61,465 nucleotides of DNA from contig JBGAIS010000001.1 of the NCBI GenBank assembly GCA_044225355.1, positions 1 to 61,465 of the forward strand. The letters run 5' to 3'. The DNA comes from Casimicrobiaceae bacterium (GTDB taxonomy: Bacteria; Pseudomonadota; Gammaproteobacteria; Burkholderiales; Casimicrobiaceae). The translations under genes and the position numbers were made by a program. Every line of letters begins with the position of its first letter. Within the stretch, counting starts at the first letter, position 1. The notes beneath the pieces were generated by a model. It did not search any database, had not been told where the DNA came from, and saw nothing but the letters and a program-made list of their open reading frames with translations. Shown here one piece after another: positions 10,044-20,221 of the stretch.

Positions 10044-10952
10044 TCAAACGGCGATGACCTGGCCGCCTTCCACCGTGACGGCCCCGGCACGCGCGAGCTC
10101 GCTCACGAGGAGGTCTGCGAGAGCCGCCGGGGCGAGTTGGAGGCACGCGGCGTTGACGTCGCGGAAGAAGCCCACGCGCTCGACGTAGCCGGGAAGATCG
10201 GCGAGGGGCATGCGCCGGCGGTGCAAGAGCGAGAACGTGAGGAGCACCTTGAGCGCATGCCGGGCGACGCGCGACTCGCTCGCCTCGAACGCCTCGGTGC
10301 GGCGATAAGCGCGATCGAGCGCTTCATGGACGTCGGTGAAGGCCTCGCCGTGGCCGGGGATGACGACGCGAGCGTCGAGCGCGGCGATCATGTCGAGGGT
10401 CGCGCGCACCGCGGGAAGCGCGAGCGGGTCGAGGGACTGTGGCACGACGAGGCCGTAGCCGTTCTGCCAGAGCGCGTCGCCGGCGATCAGAATCCGGTGC
10501 TCGGGATTGAAGAACACGAGCGCGCCCATGTCGTGGCCGGGGGCCGCGTGCATGCGCCACTCGAGGTCGCCCCACACGTGCGTCGTGCCCGCCTCGAGGC
10601 GCTCGTCCACGGTGAATCGCTCGGCGAACTGGTCGGCGTAGGCGAGCCACAGTCCCTTCTCGTCCCAGGCGTCGATCAGCGGCGCCTCGGGCGCGGGGAA
10701 CGCGATGCTGCAGCCGTACGCGCGCTGCACCGCCGCGTTGCCGCCGATGTGGTCCGAGTGCCCGTGCGTGTTGACGAGCTTCGCGAGCGGCTCGCTGCCT
10801 GCTCCGTGGCGGGAGGCGAGCAGCGCGAGCGTCACCTGTGCATGCGTGCCGTAGCCCGAGTCGACGAGCACGTGGCCGTCGCGGCTCTTGAGCAGCACGT
10901 TGTTCGCGGACAGCCAGTCGCGAACGAAGAGGTGGACCTGCGGCGGAAGCAT
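10044..10952 (-). CDS. MBL-fold metallo-hydrolase
   Basis: NTHGHSDHIGG, APGHD, GDALW, VIPGHG. Confidence 0.88.
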   Translation of the reverse strand: MLPPQVHLFVRDWLSANNVLLKSRDGHVLVDSGYGTHAQVTLALLASRHGAGSEPLAKLVNTHGHSDHIGGNAAVQRAYGCSIAFPAPEAPLIDAWDEKGLWLAYADQFAERFTVDERLEAGTTHVWGDLEWRMHAAPGHDMGALVFFNPEHRILIAGDALWQNGYGLVVPQSLDPLALPAVRATLDMIAALDARVVIPGHGEAFTDVHEALDRAYRRTEAFEASESRVARHALKVLLTFSLLHRRRMPLADLPGYVERVGFFRDVNAACLQLAPAALADLLVSELARAGAVTVEGGQVIAV

Positions 10953-10971
10953 GCCGAATTCTAACCGCCGG

Positions 10972-11064
10972 AAATGGGGTCAGACCCCATTACAGACCTG
11001 GCACCATTCTCCGTAAGTGGCGGAAACTAAAAAGAAAAACACTTAATGGGGTCTGACCCCATTT
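10972..11064. repeat. REP doublet / REPIN-like element
   Basis: AAATGGGGTCAGACCCCATTA (10972-10992) and its exact reverse complement (11044-11064). Each copy is itself palindromic, and the spacer is AT-rich. Confidence 0.8.
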
Positions 11065-11094
11065 GCGTGGCATGAATCGTGACGCACGCCGGGC

Positions 11095-14000
11095 CTACTT
11101 CGCTTTCAGGCGGCCGAGGAAGTCCTTCACGAGGGCGATGCGCTCCGCTAGGTGCGGGGCGGCGCGCTCGATGCGCAGGCGATCGGGCCCCGCGAAGCGG
11201 ATGCGGCCGTCCTTCTGCACGAGCAGGATCAGCGCGCCCGCGTCGAACGGTGGATGCTTCACGAACTGGATCGTCGTGCGCTCCGGCCCGGCGTCGAGCT
11301 TGCGAACGCCGAGCGGCTTCGCGAGGAGCCGCAAGCGATGGCTCGCGATGAGCGCCTGCGCCTGCTCGGGCGTAGGACCGAATCGATCGACGAGCTCCTC
11401 CTGGATCGCATCGAGCTCCTCGACGATCTCCGCGCTCGCGAGGCGCTTGTACAGGACGAGGCGCTCGTGCACGTCCTGGCAGTACCGCTCCGGCAGGAGC
11501 GCCGGCACGTGCAGGTTGATCTCGGTCGTCACGCCGAGCGGCTCCGTGAGATCGGGCTCGCGTCCCGCCTTGAGCGCGGACACCGACGATCGCAGCATGT
11601 CGTTGTAGAGCTGGAACCCCACCTCCTGCATCTCGCCCGACTGGTCCTCGCCCAGCACCTCGCCGGCGCCACGGATCTCGAGGTCGTGCATCGCGAGGTA
11701 GAAGCCGGAACCCAGGTCCTCCATCATCTGGATGGCCTCCAGCCGCTTCTTCGCCTGCGACGACAGCGCGTCCGCGGGGGGCGTCAGCAGGTACGCATAC
11801 GCCTGGTGATGTGACCGCCCCACGCGGCCGCGCAGCTGGTGCAATTGCGCAAGCCCGAAGCGATCGGCGCGATCGATGATGATGGTGTTCGCGGTCGGCA
11901 CGTCGATGCCGGTCTCGATGATCGTCGAGCACAGGAGCAGGTTCACGCGCTGCTGGTAGAAATCGCGCATGACGTGCTCGAGCTCGCGCTCCGCCATCTG
12001 CCCGTGAGCCACCGCGATCCGCGCTTCCGGCAGGAGCTTCGCGAGCGACTCCGCGCGCGTCGCGATGGTGTCGACCTCGTTGTGCAGGAAGTAGATCTGC
12101 CCGCCGCGCTTCAGCTCGCGCAGCGCGGCCTCGCGCACGATGCCCGGCGAGTACGGCGCGACGAACGTCTTGATCGCGAGGCGCCGCTCGGGCGCGGTGG
12201 CGATCACGGAGAAATCTCGAATGCCCTCGAGCGACATCGCGAGCGTGCGCGGGATGGGCGTGGCGGTGAGCGTGAGCACGTCCACCTCGGCACGCAGGCG
12301 CTTCAGGAGCTCCTTCTGGCGCACGCCGAAGCGATGCTCCTCGTCGATGATGACGAGCCCCAGCTCCTTGAACTTGACGTCGCCCTGCAGGAGCTTGTGG
12401 GTACCGATGACGAGGTCGATCCTGCCCGCGGCGAGGCCCTCGAGCGCGGCTTTGGTCTCCTTCGCGGTGCGGAAGCGCGACAGCTCCGCGATGCGCACGG
12501 GAAAATCGGCGAAGCGATCCGTGAACGTCTGGAAGTGCTGCTCGGCCAGGAGCGTCGTGGGCACGAGGAGGGCCACCTGCTTGCCGTCGGCAAGCGCCAC
12601 GAAGGCCGCGCGCAGCGCGACCTCGGTCTTGCCGAAGCCCACGTCGCCGCATACGAGGCGGTCCATCGCCTTGCCGGACGTCATGTCGCGCACGACGGCC
12701 TCGATGGCAGCCGATTGGTCGGGCGTCTCCTCGAACCCGAAGCCTTCCGCGAATGCCTCGTAGTCGTGCGGCTTCAGGGTGAACGCGTGGCCCTTGCGGA
12801 GCGCGCGCTGCGTGTACAGGTTGAGGAGCTCCGCCGCGGTATCGTGCGCCTGCTCCGCGGCCTTCTTCTTCGCCTTCTCCCACTGCCCGCTGCCGAGCTC
12901 GTGCAAGGGGGCCGCGTCCGGCGACGCTCCGCTGTAACGGCTGATGAGGTGAAGGTTGGACACCGGCACGTACAGCTTCGCGTCGTTGGCGTAGACGAGC
13001 TGCAGGAATTCGTTGGAGCCGTCGCCCAGGTCGAGCGTCACGAGGCCCAGGTAGCGGCCGATGCCGTGCTCCTCGTGCACCACCGGGTCGCCGATGCGCA
13101 CCTCGGAGAGGTCGCGCACCATCGCGTCGACGTTGCTGCGCTTCGCGGCCTCGCGTGCGGTGCGGCGAACGGTGCCCGCGTAGAGCTCCGTTTCCGTGAT
13201 GAACGCGAGCTCGCCCTCGGGCCACTCGAACCCCGAGGCGATGGGCGCCGCGATCAGCAGCAGGCGATCGGGCGCGTCGAGCACGCCCGCGAAGCCGTCG
13301 GCGAGTCGCGGATGGAAGTCGTAGTCCGCGAAGAAGTGCTGCATGGTCTCGCGGCGTCCCGCGCTCTCCGCCACGATCGCCACCTTGTGCGCCGTGGACG
13401 CGACGAAGCGCTTCAGCGCGGCCAGCGGATCTTCAGCGCGCCGATTCACCTGCACGGCGGGCACCGGCCGCGTGGGTCCGCCGGTGCCTTCGGTGATCTC
13501 GACACGGCCGAATGCCTTGATGGCGCCGTTAAAGGCGTCGGCCGGAAGGAAGAGATCGGTGGGCGGCAAGAGAGGGCGCGCCTTGTCCCCACGCATCAAT
13601 CGATAGCGCGACTGCGTGTCCTGCCAGAAGCGCTCGATCGCGCCGGCCACGTCGCCATGCAGCGCGATCACCGCCGACGGCGGAAGGTAATCCGCGAGCG
13701 TGGCGGTCGACTCGAAGAACAGCGGCAGGTAGTACTCGACCCCGCCCGGGACGATGCCGTTGCTCACATCCTTGTACAGCGCGGACTTCGACGGGTCGCC
13801 TTCGAACACTTCGCGGAAGCGGCTTCGAAAGCGCGCGCGCCCCGCATCGTCGAGCGGGAACTCGCGCGCGGGAAGAAGCCGCACATCCGGCACGGGGTAA
13901 AGCGTGCGCTGGGTGTCGACGTCGAACGTCTTGATCGACTCGATCTCGTTGTCGAAGAGATCGATGCGGTACGGCAGGGTCGAGCCCATCGGGAAGAGAT

Positions 14001-14577
14001 CGATGAGGCCGCCGCGCACGCCGAACTCGCCCGGCGACACGACCTGGGTGACGTGCGAGTAGCCGGCGAGCGCGAGCTGCGCTCGCAGCGCCTCGACGTC
14101 GAGCGTCTCGCCCTTGCGAAGGAAGAACGTGAAGGCCGCGAGGAACGACGGCGGTGCGAGCCGCGACAGGCCGGTGGTTGCGGCCACGACGAGCACGTCG
14201 CAGTCGCCGCGCGAGATGCGATAGAGCGTCGCGAGGCGCTCGGACACGAGGTCCTGGTGCGGCGAGAAGTGGTCGTAGGGCAGCGTTTCCCAGTCCGGCA
14301 ACAGCGCCACGCGGAGCTCGGGGGCGAACCACGGGATCTCCTCGGCCAGGCGCTGCGCGGAGCGCGGCTCGGCGCTCACGACGGCGACCATGCGCTTCTC
14401 GGACGCCGTGCGCCGCGCGAGCTGCGCGACGGCCAGCGCGTCGGACGACCCCGCGAAGGGGCCCGCGCCCGCGCGTCGGCCCGCGTCGGGCGCGTCGTGG
14501 ATGAGCGTCGGAAGAGCGAGGGCCGCGGCAGAGGGAGCGGCCGGCGGCGCGTCGTTCGGCGGTACGGGAGGATTCAA
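11095..14577 (-). CDS. mfd: Transcription-repair coupling factor
   Basis: PDWETLPYD, GDPVVHEEHGIGRY, CGDVGFGKTEVA, DEEHRFG, QLRGRVGRS, HDLEIRGAGEVLG. TTG start is inferred. Confidence 0.97.
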   Translation of the reverse strand: MNPPVPPNDAPPAAPSAAALALPTLIHDAPDAGRRAGAGPFAGSSDALAVAQLARRTASEKRMVAVVSAEPRSAQRLAEEIPWFAPELRVALLPDWETLPYDHFSPHQDLVSERLATLYRISRGDCDVLVVAATTGLSRLAPPSFLAAFTFFLRKGETLDVEALRAQLALAGYSHVTQVVSPGEFGVRGGLIDLFPMGSTLPYRIDLFDNEIESIKTFDVDTQRTLYPVPDVRLLPAREFPLDDAGRARFRSRFREVFEGDPSKSALYKDVSNGIVPGGVEYYLPLFFESTATLADYLPPSAVIALHGDVAGAIERFWQDTQSRYRLMRGDKARPLLPPTDLFLPADAFNGAIKAFGRVEITEGTGGPTRPVPAVQVNRRAEDPLAALKRFVASTAHKVAIVAESAGRRETMQHFFADYDFHPRLADGFAGVLDAPDRLLLIAAPIASGFEWPEGELAFITETELYAGTVRRTAREAAKRSNVDAMVRDLSEVRIGDPVVHEEHGIGRYLGLVTLDLGDGSNEFLQLVYANDAKLYVPVSNLHLISRYSGASPDAAPLHELGSGQWEKAKKKAAEQAHDTAAELLNLYTQRALRKGHAFTLKPHDYEAFAEGFGFEETPDQSAAIEAVVRDMTSGKAMDRLVCGDVGFGKTEVALRAAFVALADGKQVALLVPTTLLAEQHFQTFTDRFADFPVRIAELSRFRTAKETKAALEGLAAGRIDLVIGTHKLLQGDVKFKELGLVIIDEEHRFGVRQKELLKRLRAEVDVLTLTATPIPRTLAMSLEGIRDFSVIATAPERRLAIKTFVAPYSPGIVREAALRELKRGGQIYFLHNEVDTIATRAESLAKLLPEARIAVAHGQMAERELEHVMRDFYQQRVNLLLCSTIIETGIDVPTANTIIIDRADRFGLAQLHQLRGRVGRSHHQAYAYLLTPPADALSSQAKKRLEAIQMMEDLGSGFYLAMHDLEIRGAGEVLGEDQSGEMQEVGFQLYNDMLRSSVSALKAGREPDLTEPLGVTTEINLHVPALLPERYCQDVHERLVLYKRLASAEIVEELDAIQEELVDRFGPTPEQAQALIASHRLRLLAKPLGVRKLDAGPERTTIQFVKHPPFDAGALILLVQKDGRIRFAGPDRLRIERAAPHLAERIALVKDFLGRLKAK

Positions 14578-14584
14578 GCGCGCG

Positions 14585-14614
14585 ATTATACCGGCGCGTC
14601 GCGGGGCATATACT
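14585..14614. promoter_or_regulatory. Back-to-back -10 boxes for mfd (TATAAT, minus strand) and the EamA gene (TATACT, plus strand)
   Basis: Each hexamer lies exactly 7 nt before a start codon (TTG 14577; ATG 14622), with no SD sequence. Confidence 0.55.
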
Positions 14615-14621
14615 TCGCCGC

Positions 14622-15542
14622 ATGGCATCGCGCGGCGCCTCTCCGTATCTCCTCCTGACGCTCGCGCCGTTCTTCTGGGCCTGCAACTGGATCATCGGCC
14701 GCGGCTTCCACGACCAGATCCCGCCCATGGCCATGACGTTCTTCCGCTGGTTCTTCGCGATCCTGATCCTCGCGCCGTTCGCATGGGGCCACGTGCGACA
14801 GGACTGGCCCATCGTGCGGTCGCACTGGAAGATGCTCCTGTTCCTCGGGCTCATCGGCGTCGGCACGCACAACGGCCTCGCCTACCTCGGACTCAACTAC
14901 ACCACGGCGACGAACGGCGTCATCCTCAATTCGTTCATCCCGGTGATGATCGTCGCCATCTCGTGGATCTTCCTGCGCGAGCGCCTCACCCCGCTGCAGA
15001 TCACGGGCGTGGGCATCTCGCTCTCCGGCGTCATCACGATCCTGTCCGACGGCAGCCTCGCGAAGCTCGTCGCGTTCCGCCTCAACGGCGGCGATCTCCT
15101 GGTGATCCTCTCGATGCTCATGTGGTCGGTGTACACGATAGCGCTGCGCTGGCGCCCGCAGGGCCTGCACGTGATGTCGTTCCTGCTCGTGGTCGCGATC
15201 GTAGGCGAGATGGGCGTGCTGCCTTTCTGGCTGGGGGAGATGGCGCTCGGACACTTCGTCCACTGGTCGTGGTCGTTCGTGCTCGTCGCGCTCTTCTCGT
15301 CGGTCCTCGCGTATCTCTTCTGGAACCGCGGCGTGGCGGAGGTCGGCGCCAACGTCGCGGGGCTCTTCGTGCACCTCATGCCGGCGTTCGGCATCGTCCT
15401 CGCGTGGCTCTTCCTGGGCGAGCGGCTCGAGGCCTATCACATCGCGGGGATCGTGCTGATCCTCGCGGGCATCTTCGTCACGAGTCGATACCAGCGGCGC
15501 CGCGCGGACGCGGAAGAGGGCGCCGCCATCGGCACCGACTGA
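14622..15542 (+). CDS. DMT/EamA family transporter
   Basis: About 10 TM segments; FWACNWIIGR, YLGLNYTTATN, FLRERL, LAYLFWNRGV, FLGERL. Confidence 0.9.
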   Translation: MASRGASPYLLLTLAPFFWACNWIIGRGFHDQIPPMAMTFFRWFFAILILAPFAWGHVRQDWPIVRSHWKMLLFLGLIGVGTHNGLAYLGLNYTTATNGVILNSFIPVMIVAISWIFLRERLTPLQITGVGISLSGVITILSDGSLAKLVAFRLNGGDLLVILSMLMWSVYTIALRWRPQGLHVMSFLLVVAIVGEMGVLPFWLGEMALGHFVHWSWSFVLVALFSSVLAYLFWNRGVAEVGANVAGLFVHLMPAFGIVLAWLFLGERLEAYHIAGIVLILAGIFVTSRYQRRRADAEEGAAIGTD

Positions 15543-15552
15543 GCGAGGCGTC

Positions 15553-15789
15553 ATGGCAGGCGACGACAGCGTGGACGGCAGCATCGGCGACGCGGGACGC
15601 GTGGCGCTCCAGCAGCATCTCGCCGACTTGACGATCGAGCATCGCGACCTCGATCTCGCCATCGCGAATGTCGAGCGCGACCCCGCTCACGACGAGCTCG
15701 CCGTGCGCCGCATGAAGCGCCGCAAGCTCCTGCTCAAGGACCAGATCTCGCGACTGCTGCGCCAGCTCGACCCCGACGTCCCGGCCTAG
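15553..15789 (+). CDS. YdcH/DUF465 family protein
   Basis: EHRDLDLAI...RRMKRRKLLLKDQI...PDVPA. Confidence 0.9.
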   Translation: MAGDDSVDGSIGDAGRVALQQHLADLTIEHRDLDLAIANVERDPAHDELAVRRMKRRKLLLKDQISRLLRQLDPDVPA

Positions 15790-15797
15790 CGGCGCCG

Positions 15798-16919
15798 CTA
15801 GAGCTCGAGGTCGGCGTTCACCCGCCGCGAGAGCAGCGCCTTCGCGTATGCGTTGCGCGCGCGCAGGCGCGGCTCGACCACGATGCCCGCGATGGTACCG
15901 ACGATGGTGCCGACCACGCCGGCGAGGGGCAGCGCGAGGATGAGCCCGGGGATGCCCGCGACGGCGCCGCCGATGAACACCATGAGCACGGCGGGAAGCG
16001 GATGCATGCGCACGCTGCGACCCAGCGTGATCGGGATGAAGAAGAAATTGTCGAGCATGCGGCTCACGACGAACACCGCGACCACGCCGTACACGACCCA
16101 CAGGGCGTCGGGGTGATCGGCCGCGGAGACGAGGATCGCGAGCGCGAACCCGACGACGGTGCCCACCATGGGGATGGATTGCAGGAGCGCGCACACGAAG
16201 CCGATGACGATGGCGTTGGGCACGCCGACGATCAGGAATCCCATTCCGAGCACGAACGTGTCGATGGCCGTGAGCTTCATCACGCCCTGGAAGTACGCCT
16301 TGGCCGTGGCGTCGACGCGATCGAACATGTAGATCGTGCGCTCGAAGAACGCGTTGGGCACGCCGCGGATCACGAGCTTCGTGAAGAGATTCCCGTCGCG
16401 CAAGAAGAAGAACGCAAAGAACGGCGCGAGCAGCAGCGAGGGCAGCGACGCCGCCGTGGCGAGGAGCGCCTCGCGCACTTTCTGCTGGACGAACGTGCCG
16501 CCGAACTCGGTGAGATGGCGGCCCATCTCGGCGTGGAAGTCGAGCCGCTTGAGGAAGGCGAACTGCGCCTCGAGCGCGCCGAGCGTGCGGTCGACGAGGA
16601 TGCGCCCGCCTGCGAGATAGCGCAGCGCGGTCTCCTGGCCCGTCACCGCCTGCGCGGCGAGTCAGGGCAGGAGCGGTATCAGCACCAGCACCACGAGCAG
16701 CGTGACGCTTCCCGCGACGATGGCGGCCGCGGGCTCGCGCGCGATGCCCGAGAGCGAGAGCCTGCGCACGACCGGGAAGAGCATGTAGTACAGGATGATG
16801 GCGATGAGCAGCGGCACCACGAGCCACAGCGCCTTCGCCGAGGCGACGAGCAGGAGCGTGGTGATGACGATGGTGATGAGCCAGACGAGCGGGCCGCCCG
16901 CCAGGTAGCCCGTCTTCAC
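15798..16919 (-). CDS. AI-2E family (PerM/TqsA-like) transporter, frameshift near 16660
   Basis: FFFLRDG, YFQG, SIPMVG, LDNFFFIPITLGRSVRMHPL, GIPGLILALPL. The N-terminus is in the 16662..17066 frame. Confidence 0.82.
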
Positions 16920-17395
16920 AGCGCGCGGGAGTCGATCGAGGCGTAGCGCGAGACGAGCTTCTGGCCCAGGTCGCGCGCGAGCTGGAGGGCGATCTTGGAC
17001 GCGATGCCGGCGTGGGTCTCGATGAGGTCGTTGAAGTCCGCGCGCGACAGCGCGGCGACCGTGCACGGCTCCAGCGCCCGGACCTGCGCGGTGCGCGGGA
17101 CGCCGTCGAGCAGCGCGAGCTCTCCGAACAGCGCCCCCGTGGGAATCTCCGCGAGGCGGCCCGTCGCGGGTTCACCCTGGCGGCAGATGAGCACGCGGCC
17201 CTCGAGCACGACGTACAGCGCCTGGCCTTCCTCGCCCTCGTCGAACACGACCTCGCCCGCGAGGTACTCGCGCTCGTGCAGAAGGCCCTCGATCACGCGG
17301 AGCTCGCGCGGCTTGAGGGTCGAGAAGAGGCCGATCTGGCGCAATTGCGCGAGCTTCGGGTGCTCCATCTTTTTTTGCTTGAGGAAGCCGAGCAT
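16916..17395 (-). CDS. Stand-alone cyclic-nucleotide-binding domain protein
   Basis: VFDEGEEGQALYVVLEGRV, FGELALLDGVPRTAQVRA (phosphate-binding cassette); no HTH follows. Confidence 0.85.
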   Translation of the reverse strand: MLGFLKQKKMEHPKLAQLRQIGLFSTLKPRELRVIEGLLHEREYLAGEVVFDEGEEGQALYVVLEGRVLICRQGEPATGRLAEIPTGALFGELALLDGVPRTAQVRALEPCTVAALSRADFNDLIETHAGIASKIALQLARDLGQKLVSRYASIDSRAL

Positions 17396-17599
17396 GGGCC
17401 TGTCGGGCAACGACCGGGGCGTCTCCCCGCTTGTCGGACGATTGTCGCACGTCGTCCGCCGGGTGACGAGGCGGGCTTTTCACCCGGGCGGCGATCCCGT
17501 AAAGTCGGGCCGCGCCGTGGGCCGACGACGGCGTCGGGAGGTCCCATCCAACGCCGTGCCGAGGTTCCCGCCGCGCCGCGATCGCAGCCCCGCATCCGG

Positions 17600-18238
17600 G
17601 TAGGGCTTGCCGACGCCCGCCGCTTCGGCGCGCTGTGGCGACGCTGCGTCGCGTCTCCTCCGTCTCCCGACGCGACGTGGGTCTACGGCGACCTTCGCGC
17701 CAAGCTGTGCGAACCCGCGCGGCGCTACCACAACCTCGGGCACATCGACGACTGCCTGCGCCGCTTCGACGAGGTGGCGCCGCTGCTCGACGATCGCGAC
17801 GCCGTCGAGCTGGCGCTCTGGTATCACGACGCGGTCTACGACCCGGGCGATCCCGCCAACGAGCGGCGCAGCGCGGAGCTCTTCCTCGCGCATTCCGCCG
17901 GCGCGCGCGTGCCGTTCCGCCGCCGTGTGTGCACGCTCATCCTCACCACGCGCCGCAATCGCACGCCGCGGACCAACGACTGCAAGTTCATCGACGACAT
18001 CGACCTCGCGGGATTCGGCTCGTCGTGGGAGGAATTCACGTTCAACGGAGAGCTCCTGCGGCGGGAGTTCTCAGAGCAGACCGACCGCGATTACTACCGA
18101 GGGCTGCACGGATTCATCTCGTCGCTTAGGCGACGGCCGCGCTTCTTCCGCACCGACTGGTTCGCCGCACGCTTCGAGGCGCAGGCGCAGTCGAACGTCG
18201 CGCGGCTCCTGTCCGACGTGGAGCGTCGCGCCTACTGA
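17600..18238 (+). CDS. HD-superfamily putative phosphohydrolase (start uncertain)
   Basis: RRYHNLGHI, LALWYHDAVYDP, NERRSA, DIDLAGFG. Confidence 0.75.
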   Translation, partial: VGLADARRFGALWRRCVASPPSPDATWVYGDLRAKLCEPARRYHNLGHIDDCLRRFDEVAPLLDDRDAVELALWYHDAVYDPGDPANERRSAELFLAHSAGARVPFRRRVCTLILTTRRNRTPRTNDCKFIDDIDLAGFGSSWEEFTFNGELLRREFSEQTDRDYYRGLHGFISSLRRRPRFFRTDWFAARFEAQAQSNVARLLSDVERRAY

Positions 18239-19686
18239 CGCGCCGCCATGCGACCGTACTTGTCGTCGAAGCGCACGATGTCGTCTTCCTCGATGTAATC
18301 GCCGCACGCCACTTCGATGATCGCGAGCGTCCCCGTGCCGCGATTCTCGAGGCGATGCATCGTCTCCACGGGGATGAACGTGGACTCGCCCTGCGGCAGG
18401 TCGAACACGTTCTCGCCCGACGTCACCCGCGCCGTGCCGCGGATCACCACCCAGTGCTCGCTTCGATGGTGATGCAGCTGGAGCGATAGCGACGCGCCGG
18501 GCTTCACCTCGATGCGCTTGATCTTGAAGCCGGGGCCTTCCTCGAGGATGGTGTACGTGCCCCACGGCCGCGCGACGGTGCGATGCAGCTTGTACGAATC
18601 GTGGCCGCGCGCCTTGAGCTCGCCTACGACCTCCTTCACGCGCTGCAGGTGCTCGCGATGCGCGACCAGCACCGCGTCGGGCGTGTCGACGATCACGAGG
18701 TTCTCGACGCCGATGGTCGCGACCACGCGGTCCTCGGAGTGGATGAAGGTGCCGCGCGTGTCGATGGCCACGCGCTCGCCGCTGCCGCGGTTGCCGTCGG
18801 CATCGGCGTCCGTGAGCTCGGAGATGGCCTGCCAGGATCCGACGTCGCTCCAGTCGAAATCGCCGCGCACGACGGCCACCCGGCCATCGGCGGCGGCCTT
18901 CTCCATGACCGCGTAGTCGATCGAGACGTCGGGCGAGGCGGCGAACGTCGCGGCGTCGATCTCGAGCATCGCGTCGCGGGGACGCGTCGACAGGGGCTGC
19001 CACACCGCGCGCGCCGCCGCGGCGATCGCGGGCGCGTAGCGATCGCACGCCTCCAGGAACGCGCGCGGCGTGAACGCGAACATGCCGGAGTTCCACACGT
19101 GCGAGCCGGCGGCCAGGAACTCGCGGGCCCTCGCGAGCGGCGGCTTCTCGACGAAGGCCTTCGCGACGAACGCGCGCGAGCCGAGCGGCGCGCCGCACTC
19201 GATGTAGCCGAAGCCCGTCTCGGGCAGCGTGGGCGTGATGCCGAACGTGACGAGCGAGCCGTCGCGCGCGAGCTCGGCCGCGCGCGCGACCGCCGCGGCG
19301 AATGCGACCTCGTCGCGGATGAGGTGATCGGCGGCGAGCACGAGCATCACGGCCTCGTCGCCGAAGCGCGCGCGGACGAGATGAGCGGCGAGCGCGACGG
19401 CCGGCGCGGTGTTGCGTCCGAAGGGCTCGAGGAGGTAGGCGGCGTCCGCGGGCTCGCCTGCACCGAGGCCTGCGTAGACATCCTTCGTGTGGAAATAGTA
19501 ATCGCGATTGGTGACGGTGACGAGGCCGCGCGAGCCCGGCAGGCGCGTGGCGCGATGGGCCGTCTTGCCGAGGAGCGTCTCGCCGTCGGGCAGCGGCATG
19601 AAAGGCTTGGGAGCGGCTTCCCGCGACAAGGGCCAGAGGCGGGTGCCGGCGCCGCCGGAGAGGATGACCGGGACGATGGAGGTCAT
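18232..19686 (-). CDS. manC: Mannose-1-phosphate guanylyltransferase / mannose-6-phosphate isomerase
   Basis: PVILSGGAGTRLWPLSR, EPFGRNTAPA, WNSGMF, SIDYAVMEK, WSDVGSW, RPWG, SLQLHHHRSEHW. Confidence 0.95.
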   Translation of the reverse strand: MTSIVPVILSGGAGTRLWPLSREAAPKPFMPLPDGETLLGKTAHRATRLPGSRGLVTVTNRDYYFHTKDVYAGLGAGEPADAAYLLEPFGRNTAPAVALAAHLVRARFGDEAVMLVLAADHLIRDEVAFAAAVARAAELARDGSLVTFGITPTLPETGFGYIECGAPLGSRAFVAKAFVEKPPLARAREFLAAGSHVWNSGMFAFTPRAFLEACDRYAPAIAAAARAVWQPLSTRPRDAMLEIDAATFAASPDVSIDYAVMEKAAADGRVAVVRGDFDWSDVGSWQAISELTDADADGNRGSGERVAIDTRGTFIHSEDRVVATIGVENLVIVDTPDAVLVAHREHLQRVKEVVGELKARGHDSYKLHRTVARPWGTYTILEEGPGFKIKRIEVKPGASLSLQLHHHRSEHWVVIRGTARVTSGENVFDLPQGESTFIPVETMHRLENRGTGTLAIIEVACGDYIEEDDIVRFDDKYGRMAARQ

Positions 19687-19849
19687 GGGCAAGGCCTGTC
19701 GGAACACGAAGCGGTCATTTTACCGGGTAGGGCCCTGTCCTACGCGCCCGTGCACGGATCCCACAAGCCGACGCGGCACCCGGACGATGGCGATCCTGGC
19801 ATCGCGGGGCAATCATGGCGACGTGGCCACCTCGTTCCAGGAGACATCC

Positions 19850-20221
19850 ATGATCAGGACCTCCATCGCGGCAGTCGCCGCGCTCATGGCATTCACGATG
19901 GCGGGATGCGCGAGCACGCCGCCGGCTCCCACCGAGCAGTTCGCCCTCGGGCGGGCCGCGGTGGCCGACGCGGTCAGCGCGGGTGCGCCGGAACTCGCGC
20001 CTTCGGCGTTGCGCAGCGCGCAGGACAACCTCGACCGCGCCAATGCTGCCTTGACCGCCGGAAAGACCGTCGACGCGCGTCGCTTCGCGGAAGACGCCGA
20101 GGCCGATGCGAAGCTCGCCGCGGCCACTGCGCGATCGCGCAAGGCGGAGCGTGCCCTCGCCGAAGTCGAATCGGGCATTCGCGCGCTGCGCGAAGAGCTC
20201 GTGCGAAAGGGACAATCATGA
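19850..20221 (+). CDS. DUF4398 lipoprotein
   Basis: Lipobox MAGC; Ala-rich helices; ARRFAEDAEADAKLA; lies upstream of an OmpA gene. Confidence 0.85.
   Translation: MIRTSIAAVAALMAFTMAGCASTPPAPTEQFALGRAAVADAVSAGAPELAPSALRSAQDNLDRANAALTAGKTVDARRFAEDAEADAKLAAATARSRKAERALAEVESGIRALREELVRKGQS

Noticed and set aside
10972-11064. CRISPR array
   Set aside because: Only two repeats, in inverted orientation, and no cas genes in the window.
11839-14658. 939-aa antisense ORF over mfd, and similar long antisense ORFs elsewhere (e.g. 1550-3784, 42085-44388)
   Set aside because: Expected stop-codon depletion opposite high-GC3 genes; no recognisable motifs.
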